This document shows positions 1 through 11,351 of a DNA stretch of 64,000 nt, one piece after another. A program made the translations under genes and the position numbers. This DNA comes from Tubulanus polymorphus (lineage: Eukaryota > Animalia > Nemertea). Under the pieces are notes generated by a model. It saw nothing but the letters and a program-made list of their open reading frames with translations, was not told where the DNA came from and searched no databases. Position 1 is the first letter of the stretch, and each line of letters begins with the position of its first letter. The stretch covers positions 1,860,072 through 1,924,071 of the forward strand of contig NC_134034.1 of assembly GCF_964204645.1 (NCBI RefSeq), in the 5' to 3' direction.

Positions 1-421
1 AAAGGCAATTTTTCCACTGACCTTTCTGAAAGGCACAACGCACAATAATACAGCCGGGCGCAATATGCTTCGAGACTGCTCGCCTTCTCAGGATGACTAG
101 CCACTGTAAAAACAGCACCATTGATGATGAATTACTTTATATTCTATATGAATAGGGATGAGCCAACCGTCTGTCTTCATATACACATATAGATATTAAT
201 GTAAACAGACACAGGTTGTAACAGGTTTCACGCGACCCGTCGCCCACTTCCAAATTGTCGCCACACTTCTTTCGCCTTTTGTTTTATACAATTAATCAAA
301 CTCAACGCAAGAATGCTCGCGGTGCGGCGTAAAATATTTGTTAATTAACAAAAAGCATTCGATCGGATAGGCAAACGCTAAAACATTGGTAAGAAATAAT
401 CTTTTCGGGAAAGCAATATAC

Positions 422-496
422 TATAAAACGTTGCGTTAACTAGAAATATACAAGTGCCAGTGTTTTCATGGTTTTTGCTGCGCTGTTTAGGTAATT
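422..496 (+). promoter_or_regulatory. Candidate TATA box and short non-coding first exon of the laccase-like gene
   Basis: TATAAAA at 422-428, and a TAG|GTAATT donor-like site at 490/491 upstream of the signal-peptide exon. Confidence 0.3.
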
Positions 497-845
497 AACA
501 TAACATTAACATAAAATTTGAATATGCTAATCAGGGGCAAATTATGAAACCGTCATCTAGAACCAAATTTGGTTCCAACTCAGAAAAACAGACCCCGCTG
601 GAGATACACAGTACAGTACAGTAATGAGCATAATTTACTGAGCTTGTGCATGAACATAATCTGGTGCCTCCCGATTGGTCGACAATACCTTTGAATTGGT
701 GTTCTTGAGATTTCTGGCTTTTCTATGGTAGTTATAACGAATAAGACACTACTATTGAGTGACTCAGAATAGAATGTACTGCCTAACTGATGGATTTCAC
801 AATTCATTTACAGTTTTTTCTGGTTTGCTAATTCATTTTGAAGAG

Positions 846-3800
846 ATGAACATCGTTTTGCTGGTTTGCCTGATGATCCAGGTTTCCTTGGCCTTCAATT
901 TTCCAGGTATGAAAAACAATCGAAGCGTGGTAACATCCTAATCCTCTAAGCGAGGTTGAAATGAACAATATTGATGATATCATTATTTTTTGTTGTTAAG
1001 CGCTATCTTCTATTATCCTATCATATCAGTTTTCATAACGCTATTTTAGGTACCGCAAATAAGATAAAACCCCACTATTTACAAATTAAAAAGAAATCTA
1101 AAAGCACACCTAAATCTAAGGCACACTTGACGATGATCTCTAGGGTGAGATCGAAACGTCGCGTTCGTATATTTTAGATTGTTTCAATAAATAAATTTCT
1201 CGATTTTAGATTTCTTTTAATTTGTAAATGGTGGGTTTTTATCTTATCATCTGTTCACCCGACGTTTGAGTGTGGTTATCGTACTAGGTACCGCTATCTT
1301 AGGCCTTGTGTAGATTATCAATCCAAGACGTATTCGTATTGACAGGACTCTACACAGATCGGTTTAATCATACGTTTCCCAAAATCTCGTTAAATTTCCA
1401 GAGCAATAAAGATAATGATGATAATATCTTATAAGAGTAATTTTTAGTGTCTGGAAACAAATAAACCTGCGTATATGCTTACAGGGATGCCTCGTCAGGT
1501 GCAAAATATTATTGGAGGGACATCACCCCGAGGACAAGACGCCAATGAAGGAGGTTTTGACGTGTCCGGAATGTTGGGCCGACTGAAGAAAGATATCCCT
1601 CAACTAACGCCGGGCTATAAACAGCCTCAAAAAGGTACCCAACAGCAACAAGGTATCCAACAACAAGGTATCAGACAGCAACAAGACGGTATCCAACGAC
1701 AAAGTATCCAACGGCAACCACAAGGTATCCAACAACAGGGTTTCCCGCAGCAGCAAGGTTTCCAGCAACAGCAAAAAGGTTTCCAATCGCAGACGAGACC
1801 TATTCGGCAAAGGCGCCGAAGACGACCGCGTCCCCGATTGCAACCTCAATCCAATATCATCAAACAAAGACCCGTTCTACGGCCTCAATCTAAGCCAGTT
1901 CAATCTGAAGCTCGACCTGTCAAACAGGCAGAAATAGAGCCTGTTCAGTTTCAACCCGCACAAAAGGCTCAAGAAAAACCAGCCACACAACCTCAACAAA
2001 GCACTCAGTCACAGGCGAATGTACAACAATCTGCACCAAGACAACCAAAGGCAAGAGATTCATACGTGCATGTAGTCGAACAGCCTGCCCGACAAGCAAA
2101 TCAGAAAGAACCAGTAGTGAATCCATCTGTGGGCCCGAAAAACAACATAGGAGCACCACCTCCGCAAACAAGTATTTTCAGCCCTCCACAAGCTCAGCAG
2201 AGTAAACCCGTGCCGCAAAATAACATCGGCGCACCTCCACAAGCAAGTATATTCAGTCCCCCGACACCGGCAACAAATAAACCCCTTATACAGCAACAAA
2301 TGAACTCCTTACCACAAAATAATATGGGAGCACCTCCACCGCCACAGATGAGTATGCTGAACTTACAGCAACAACAAAATCCGCAACAAATGAATCCTCT
2401 CCAACAGAATAACATGGGTGCTCTCCCGCGACCACAGATGGGTATGGGTAACCAACAGTTTCAACAAAATCCTCAACTAATGCACCCTCCCCAACAGAAT
2501 GGTATGGGCACACCCCAACAACCACAGATGGGTATGCAAAACCCACATCAACAGATGCACCTACCACTGCAACAAATGCGACTACCACAAAATAACATGG
2601 GCGTTCCCCCACCACCACAGATGGGTATGGCTAACCTACAGTCACAAGAAAATCCTCAACAAATTCATCGTCTTCCAAATAACAAAGGTGCATTCCGGCC
2701 GCCATCGATGGGAATGCAAAATCCAAAGCAACACATGAACCATCGACAACAAATCAACATGGGTGTACCCCTGCCACCACACATGGGAATGCAAAATCCA
2801 CAGCAACAAATAAACTCCTTACCACAAAGCAATATGGGCGTACCCCGGCCACCACACATGGGAATGCAAAATCCACAGCAACAAATGAACTCCTTACCAG
2901 AAAGCAATATGGGTGTACCCCGGCCACCAATGATGGGAATGCAAAGTCCACAGCAACAAATGCACCATATACCACAAAACAACATGGGTGTACCCCGGCC
3001 ACCACAGATGGGTTTGTTGAACCCGCAGCTTCAAAAAAATCCTCAAGCTCAACCTCCTCAGCAAATGCATATGCAACATCCTCAATCAGGTCCGATGATT
3101 CAAAATTCACCATCGCCAGCCTCTAACCCGGGACAACAATCTGTCGTGATGGGTAAGCATTTCCAACAACCAGGATCACCAGCGCAACCCGGACAACCAA
3201 CTCAAACGGCTTTCCCATATTTCCCGTTCAATTTCCCACCGGCGAAAGCCAGATACCCTTACAACATGGTACCGTGTACACCGGACATGCATCAATGCGA
3301 GTTCTCGCTCATCCTGCAGCACTACCTTACAATGGTAAGCGTTAACAACGAACAGGTCTCCATCGATAACAGTGGAGCTATTGTCGATCCGACGAATCTC
3401 GCGAATACCATTGAAGAACAGGACAAGATCGTCATAGCTGACGGGTTACAACCGCCTAAACTAGTTATAGCCGTAAACAATTCAATACCGGGTCCAGCTC
3501 TACACGTCTACACAGGTCAGGATATCATCGTACACGTAACAAACCTACTGCTATCCGAGTCTGCGAGTGTACACTTCCACGGGCAAGATGTAGCCGGTTC
3601 CCCTTGGACGGATGGTACGCCCTATATCACCCAATGCCCGATTGGGCCCGGGCAAACATTCACGTACCGGTTCCAAGCCGGGATACCGGGCACGTCGTTT
3701 TACCAGTCGATGTTGGGTATGCAACAACAAGCGGGGGTTTACGGGGCCTTTATTGTCCATGCTCGCGACCAGCCGCATGACCCGCTACACGATAAGGAGC

Positions 3801-5655
3801 TAGTGCTGTCAAACTGGAATGATAGAGAGACACCTGTTGAGCTGTTTATGAAGGATGACTGGGATCAGATGCAAGGTTCCCCACTTTTTTCTGGTATTCT
3901 AATGAATGGGAGAAAAAGCGCGGTTGGTCCAGCTATTTTCGACTTCAAAAGCGGTGAATCCTATCGCTTCCGATTAATCGGCGCTCAAACTAAAAACCCG
4001 ATCACTGTACGATTCCATGAGCACTCGTTTACAGTTGTGGCGCTAGATGGCGTTGATATAGAGCCGGTTGAAGGTCACATTATTACCATATGGCCGGGTG
4101 AGAGAACCGACGTCATAGTTAAAGCCGACCAATCACCGACATTTGATTATAAGATAATTGCTAAGTATCCGGGTGGGAATTACCAAGGTTTTGCTTTGAT
4201 ACGGTACGATGGTACAAGCGGAACTGTTAGTACAAACCCTGCCGGATGCACGGCCGCTACTCCTTGTGTCATCATCAATTGCCTCAGCCCGAAAGATGTC
4301 GCCGATTCTCCCATATTCAAATGCGTTTCGCTAAACGATATGAAATCGAAAGGCGTACCGGCGCCGAACCTTTACTGGAAATCCGGCCCGATATTCCTAA
4401 ATTTCGTCGTCGCTTCGTTAGCACAACCAGAAAACGTGGTCAACGCTCGCAGATTCATAAACCCGACTACAAACACCCTGGTGGCGTCCGGTGGAACGAC
4501 ACCGTGCGATCCGCGTAAGTGCATCGACGGCCAGGTTTGTAAATGTACGGCTCAATTCAACGTGATGAAGAAGTCAGTGACGCAATACGTGTTCGCTAAT
4601 ATGGGCTCTAACACGCAGATGAGAGCCATTCATATGCACGGAAACCACTTCCACGTGTTGAAAGTGCAATACGACCCAACACACGGCGAAATCGTCTGCA
4701 GCAACGACCAAATAACCGAGTTATCGCTTTGCAGACGTCTGAAATGGGCAGACGACAAGTGGAACTACAACTGGCACCTGATCCCGAATCTGAACATCAT
4801 GAACCCCATAGTTAAAGATACTGTATACATCCCCCCGAATGGATACGTGGTAGCTCGTGTGTTCAACTATAATCCGGGAGCCTGGGCCATACATTCTACC
4901 GACGTGAACGAGTTTATATCGGGAATGTCTATCGTCAGTCGAGTCGGAGAGCCGGGTCGAGATTACAGGACGCCTGTAGATTTACCGATCTGTTCGAATT
5001 ACGACGCCGACATACAAAGAAGTAAGTGACTTAAATTTATGTCCATAACTCTTTTTGAATCGTCATTCATCTTATCATTATTAACAATAATGTTTTCGTT
5101 CGCAGTTTTCAGTATTCCAGATGTTATCAGGGATAGAACAGGGTAAGATATTTGTCTTAGTTCGAACCGAGAGTCCTGAGCATTCCTAAGTACTGGGGCC
5201 GCGCTCCTCAGACCCACGATACCATTTCCGCCGTTCTTCCAATTTCCGATCGTCGACATGTGACACGTATTCAGGATTTACCTATTACTTGATTGCTAAA
5301 GAGCTACAAACACCAATTATTTGACATCCAAAAACTGATCGTTTACATGTTTTCAGTACCTCACCTGAGCAGGATTATGTTGATCCTTAAAGAATGGTTC
5401 TGACAGTAACTTTTCTGTTAGCTCGTGGTGGTACAATAACCACTGACAATACACAATTGGTATTCTGTAACTAAAAGGATAATAGGTCTTGGCATTGATA
5501 TGGAAAGTTTCGTCTGTCAGCTCTTAGCCATTTAAAAGTCCAGGGACAAAATTTCAATGAATTCTTCCTTATTTTACTTTTTTTAAATGCCTTTTTCTGC
5601 TCTGCTCACTTTCAGACAAACTCACAGCGCTGCCGCATCCGTTCCTGGAGTCTGA
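846..5655 (+). CDS. Secreted Gln/Pro/Met-rich low-complexity protein fused to a degenerate laccase-like (three-cupredoxin) multicopper oxidase domain, ~1224 aa
   Basis: Exons 846-906 (signal peptide MNIVLLVCLMIQVSLA|FNFPG, phase-1 GT at 907), 1485-5021 (in frame with ORF 1475..5029), and probably 5106-5142 and 5616-5655 (A|GTAAGT donor at 5022, GG|GTAAGA at 5143, all in phase; AATAAA at 5710). An unspliced form would stop at 5029. MCO hallmarks: NNSIPGPAL, SVHFHG, DGTPYITQCPIGPGQTFTYRF, YRFRLI, IHMHGNHFHVL, KDTVYIPPNGYVVARVFNYNPGAW. Confidence 0.85.
2140..3060 (+). repeat. Coding tandem repeat, ~75 nt (25 aa; NMGVPRPPHMGMQNPQQQMNSLPQS-type)
   Basis: AATATGGG recurs at 2831 and 2906 (75 nt apart); about 10 degenerate copies in the translation. 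Confidence 0.85.
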
Positions 5656-7378
5656 ACAGATCACCACTAACCATATTATCTATTCTGAGCTATGTATTTA
5701 TTATCTAAGAATAAATTGGTCTTGGAAAATGACACTCATGAGTTTTAGATTTGCTTTTTTTCCTTATAGATGGAATGAGAAACCGAAAAGTTGGTTAAAG
5801 TTAGATAATATACACACAATTTAAACAATATGTTTGTTATGGCATGCGTTATACAGATGGTAATTTACTTCAACCAACTTTTGAACAACTGGTCCCAGGA
5901 TGATGGAGAGTTAAGAACTAATCGAAGGATGTGGTCTCTATGTCTTTTCATAGATATGGGGATGGTGAATCAACCTTCAGCAAACTGATTCAGCTTATAG
6001 CCTGGCTAGGTATTGATAGCTGGAGATTGGGATGCAGTGGCTTCAATTCGTTCATCCCTGGTCGGCGATTCCTAAGACCCAGATCCATGACTTCATTGAG
6101 AGTTAATCTGCCCCAAGTGACAGATTCATTAGAGTTAGACTCGTTTAGTTTCTGCGTCCATTATTTCACGAAACGGAAATATGTTCCTATAGTTACATTG
6201 GATTGGTACATGTAACACCTAGACAAACGTTGATGAACGAATGACTTGCCCTAGTCAGGGCCTAAAACTGCCCCAAATGAAAGATTTCCTCCTTTTCGAC
6301 ATGGTTTATATACATCCACGATTTAACGAAACGGAACTTTCCTTGCCTCTCATATTCCACGTAAATGACTTCATCGAATGTAAATCTTTTAAAAGAAAAG
6401 TTTGTTCCATTTCCACGAAATCAAATCTCTCGAGCCCCGAGTTTGTGAATTTCACACCTAGACGAATATAGACAAATGAGTGACTCCCTTGAAAATCTGC
6501 CCATTCCACGAAAAAGAAATTTCTCTAGCCTAAAAAAGGATTGGTAATGAAATAACAAATGTAGACAAAATTATACTTCCTTGTAAATCTGCCCTAAGAA
6601 AGAAACAGATTTGCTTTTCACGAAAAAGAAATTTCTCCACAGACTAGCCGCGCAGGATTAGTGAATTTAAACGTAGGGAAATAAAATCTTGCCCCCGATA
6701 AAACACAAAACCATATGCCTTGATTCAAATCTATATGTACACGTAATCTTCTACTAAGAACGATATATCTATTCATTTGGAACGAGTTGAAAAAGCGTAC
6801 CGTCTGTTGACTGAGAAATAATCGTCCATCATTGCTGAAGGTTTTGACGGTAAGATATTGTAGGAAATGGACACAGGTGTGTGGTTCAGGGGTATGATTT
6901 ATCGCGGGGTCCAGGTGTTCACAGCGATATACCTATGTTCATTGCTAGGTGTCCACCACATAGTCTCTACATAGACGCGCGAGATTTAGGTAAGATTATC
7001 TTCGTTTTCTCAGATCAAGAACATTAACAGCATCTGATGTCAAGGTAATTTGCGTATTGATAATTTGACTGTGAAACTAACTCAGGCCTACGTACAATCT
7101 GAAATTGGGGTTTTATAGACTGGGTATAGTTTAGTTATCCCTAGGGATTCTTGCCCTGGGCCCGGTTTCATAAGACCGGGTATAAAAGTTATCACTAGGG
7201 ATAAATCCTCGACAATGGACCCGGTTCTATAGTGTGGGTGATAGATAACCCAAATAGTGAAAACTAAAAAACCAGATGAAATCAATTTCATTCTATATGC
7301 AAATACAATGAAGTTGAAAACCTAGATACAAATATATCATATACCACAGAATAAGGGATACCCATCAACCGCTATATT

Positions 7379-7450
7379 TGGGCTGTAGCTCAGTAGTAGA
7401 GCGCTCGCTTCGCATGCGAGAGGCCCCGGGTTCAAATCCCGGCAGCTCCA
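7379..7450 (+). tRNA. tRNA-Ala(CGC), variant or possible pseudogene
   Basis: Anticodon stem CTCGC/GCGAG with loop TTCGCAT (CGC), G3:U70 alanine identity pair, intact B box GGTTCAAATCC, discriminator A, TTTT at 7454-7457. Position 1 is T opposite C72 and the D-loop GG is AG. Confidence 0.8.
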
Positions 7451-7479
7451 GTCTTTTGAAAATCATATTCTATTCTAGT

Positions 7480-9269
7480 ATGGCGTTGTTGAATTTGGTA
7501 ACGTTAGTGTGTGTTGTGGCGGGTGTACGGGCCTTCAATGTTCCAGGTAAAATAATCATTTTTTGAATGAAAGCATTTCATTTACTCGATTCCGGGGGGA
7601 TCATGCTGTTCATGAGTACTTCACTTTTTCAGGTTTGCCTCCTCAGCTGGGACAACTGATGGGCGGTGGCGGTGGCGGAGGTGGCTCACCATTTGGAGGA
7701 GGAAGTCCATTTGGAGGTGGTTCCCCATTTGGAGGAGGTGGTAAGAAGAATAGTATTTCGATTCTCTAAGAATTTGGTCTAAGAATGTTGACAAAGTTCT
7801 AAATTTCTGTTGATCAGTTCGAAAATTGTCTGTGTTTAATTTGACTCTGGATACAGTTCCACAGTTATGTGGATAATTAGACTGTGAATCCAGCTCCACA
7901 GTTGTGTGGATTCAATTTAGATCCAATTCCACATGTGTGCGTTGGTTTACCCAGATCCACACAGAATTTCCCAAATAATCTCTGACCAAACGTAACTCTT
8001 GAGTTCCATAAAGCCTAATTCTTGTTGGTTTAAATAGTCAAATACAACTTGCAGCCTTGGTAAATGATCATTGAGCGTGTTCATTTTCGACAAAGTATCC
8101 AGATCCAAAATATCGTGGGAGGACAGCTGTTCTGCATAAAAAAGGCAGCGTCCAATATTTCTCACCTTAGAAAAGTTCCTTCTATGCCCCATTTGTATTC
8201 AATAGAATCTCATCGCATCATGAAGTCCTTTATCGTAAGAATATTTGTTTCTTTCATTTTAGGAATGTCTCGAGTATCGCAATTCATGGCTCCTCCAGGA
8301 GGACAACAACAACAGGGAGGTTCAGCCGGTTAGTATCCTAATCACATCAGTCGATTTATAGCTAGGGATTGTAACATATACAAGGTGCGGTTTATTGCGG
8401 TTACAGGTGGTTTGCCGCCCTCCGTTCAGAAATTCATGCAACCGAAAAACACCAAGAAGGTGGATATGGGATCTATGGCATTCGACCCCGCTGACTTTGC
8501 CGATATCAAGGAAAGCATGAGGAAAATGAAGGAAGAAGACGATAAGAAAAGGGCGAGAGAAAAGGCTGCTAAAAATGGTCAGGCCACTGGACAAGGACAA
8601 GGACAAGCTGCCGGACAAGTGCAAGGACAAGCCGTTAGACAGGGGCAGGCCCAAAATGCTGGACAAGGGCAAGGGCAAATATCGCAAAAGTGGAATACCG
8701 GTAACGGTCAGAATCAACAAAACCAAGTTGCCCAAAATAACCGGGCACAGCAGGCGCAAGGAAGAAATGTGAATATCAACCAACAACAGATGCAGAATGC
8801 TTACCAGATGCAACCCCAGTTCCAACAGCAACAACAACAGATGCAGAATGCTAACCAGATGCATCCCCAGTTCCAACAGCAACATCAACAGATGCAGAAT
8901 GCTAACCAGATGCAACCCCAGTTCATGCAGCACGGACAGCAGATGCAACCACAGAATTATGGCCAAAACAACCAGATGCAAATTCGACAAAATTATCAAC
9001 AGGCCGCAATGCAAGCCCAGCAACCTCAGCAAACTTATTTCCAAAACGTTCAGCAACCACAACAGAACTATCATCCTCAACAAGCGTTATACCAACAGAC
9101 GCAATATCAGCAGCCTCAACAGAACTTCTACCAAAGCTATCAGACGCAACAACCACAGCAAAACTATTTCCAAAACAACCCGGGACATTACGTTCAGCAA
9201 CCGCAGCAGCACCAACACTGGCAAACTCCACAAGGATTTGGTCACCACGGAGGCTACATGCAGGGATAG
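7480..9269 (+). CDS. Secreted Gly/Gln/Tyr-rich low-complexity protein, isoform A (~367 aa)
   Basis: Exons 7480-7546 (signal MALLNLVTLVCVVAGVRA|FNVPG), 7633-7740 (GGGSPF repeats), 8263-8328, 8407-9269; all introns GT-AG and phase 1; AATAAA at 9309. Confidence 0.75.
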
Positions 9270-10974
9270 ACACCGATTGCCCGGCCATCCTCTATTACTG
9301 GAATATTGAATAAATTTGATTTCTGTGAACTCTAAGATGCTAGTTTCCTACCGATATCATTTATATTTAGATACGTTTTGTTTACTTCACGCTCTCTCTC
9401 TCTCTCTCTTTCTCTTTCTGTCCGTCTTAGATTTAGGCAGATTTCTAACTCTATTGTAGGGAGGCTTCTTCACAAACTTGGAACGAGATGAATTGAATAT
9501 TACGTTTTGTACGATTTCTTTTTGTGCAGGTCAAGGCCAGAACATGATGACTATGGGTTTAAATCCGAATCAACATCAAACTCCAGCACATGCCGGTCAT
9601 GGCCACGGTCATATGGGTGGGCACGGACATGCTAGTATGTTGGGCCACGGGCGCGGAGGGGTCGCCAGTGGACAACCACAGACGGCTGGATTTGGGCAGC
9701 CTCAAATGCAAGGTAGGTTCGGTCAGCCTCGTATGCAAGGACAGTTTGGTCAGCCACACATGCAAGGGCATGGATTTGGCCAGCCACAAATGCAGGGGCA
9801 TGTATTTGGCCAGCCACAAAATCAAGCTGTTAGATTCGGTCAGCCACAACCACAAGAAGTTAGATTTAACCAACCACAGATGCAAGGGCGTGGATTTGGT
9901 CAGCAACAAAGGCAGGCAGGTGGGTTTGGCCAGCCAAAGATGCAAGCAGGTGGGTTTGGCCAGCCTCAGCCTCAGATGCAAGCTGCTCGATTCAGCCAGC
10001 CACAAGCTCAACGTGAGGGTGGGTTTGGCCAGCTACAAAGGCAGGCAGGTGGGTTTGGCCAGCCACAGATGCAAGCAGGTGGGTTTGGCCAGCCACAAAG
10101 GCAGGCAGGAGGAATTGGCCAGCAACAAAGGCAGGCAGGTGGGTTTGGACAGCCACAGATGCAAGCAGGTGGGGTTGGCCAGCCACAAAGGCAGGCGGGT
10201 GGAATTGGCCAGCCACAAAGGCAGGCAGGTGGAATTGGCCAGCCACAAAGGCAGGCAGGTGGCTTTGGTCAGCCACAAATGCAAGCAGGTCAGCCACAAA
10301 CCCAACAAGGGGTTGGTTTTAACCAAGGATTCCAGCAGCAGCAGCAGCAGCAGCAGCAACAGGGAGGATTTAGACCTCCTGGGATGCCGACAAATGGAGG
10401 ACTACCGAAAGATGTTCAAGAAATTCTCAACATGAAACAATCAGAAACGAAAGAGTTTGATCTGGATGAAATGTTGAAAGAGATCGGTCAAGTTCGTGCT
10501 CAGATACCCAGTCTTAATCAGGACAAAGAAAAACAGCAAGGAGGTCCCCAACAACAGGGTCAACCGCCTAATCAAGGACAAGGGGGTCCTCCACAGCAGG
10601 GCCAACGGCCTAACCAAGGCCGTCCTCCCCAGCAGCAATTCAACCAAGGTCAACCTCCCCAACAGCAATTCAACCAAGGTCAACCTCCCCAACAGCAATT
10701 CAACCAAGGTCAACCTCCCCAACAGCAATTCAACCAAGGTCAACCTCCCCAGCAGCAATTCAACCAAGGCCAACCTCCCCAGCAGCAAAACCAGAACCAA
10801 CAGCCTCACCAGGGTCAGCCACAACCTCCTCAGCAGCAGATTAATCACGGCAAAGCAGCACAGCAGTCCATCCAGGGCCAGGTACCACAGGAGTCCAATA
10901 AAGACCAAAAGGCGCAGCAGTCCATGCAGGACCAAACGGCTAAATCAACAAACTTCGGAACATGGAGAAAATAG
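7480..10974 (+). CDS. Same gene, candidate isoform B with terminal exon 9530-10974 (His/Gly segment, GFGQPQMQ repeats, QGQPPQQQFN repeats; ~561 aa)
   Basis: Strong phase-1 acceptor TTTCTTTTTGTGCAG|GT at 9529/9530 opens the 9478..10974 ORF, which has no signal peptide of its own; AATAAA at 11031 and 11202. Confidence 0.6.
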
Positions 10975-11351
10975 AGGCATGTCACGGGGAAATTGCAGTT
11001 GGTAACGCTCATGTTTTCGACTGGTTTAGAAATAAATGGCATTTCAAAATCGGGGATGGTTTTCATAAATGTGGGATCTTAGTTTTTCCTTTCTATAATC
11101 CCAAATATTGCGATGGCAATAGTGCGCCTTTAATGTTTAAACCATGATTGCGCATGGAGGCCCAGACTACACTCATATTGAAGACATTGGACATTTCTTT
11201 GAATAAAATACGATTTTATTTCCTTTCAGAATAGATTCATAATTTCACAAACTAAGTAATTCCGTATATAATGACGTAGATAATGTTACAAATGTTATAA
11301 AATGAATACACAAAATATGTATGGCTACAAAAAACAAAGATAACTTGTAAA

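Noticed and set aside
1604-3113. Antisense and alternate-frame ORFs over the Gln-rich regions (also 8322-10935)
   Set aside because: Shadows of CAA/CAG-rich coding repeats giving poly-Leu/Cys/Val frames.
7378-7479. N-terminal extension MGCSSVVERSLRMREAPGSNPGSS of ORF 7378..7566
   Set aside because: It is the translated tRNA-Ala sequence; the real start is the signal-peptide ATG at 7480.
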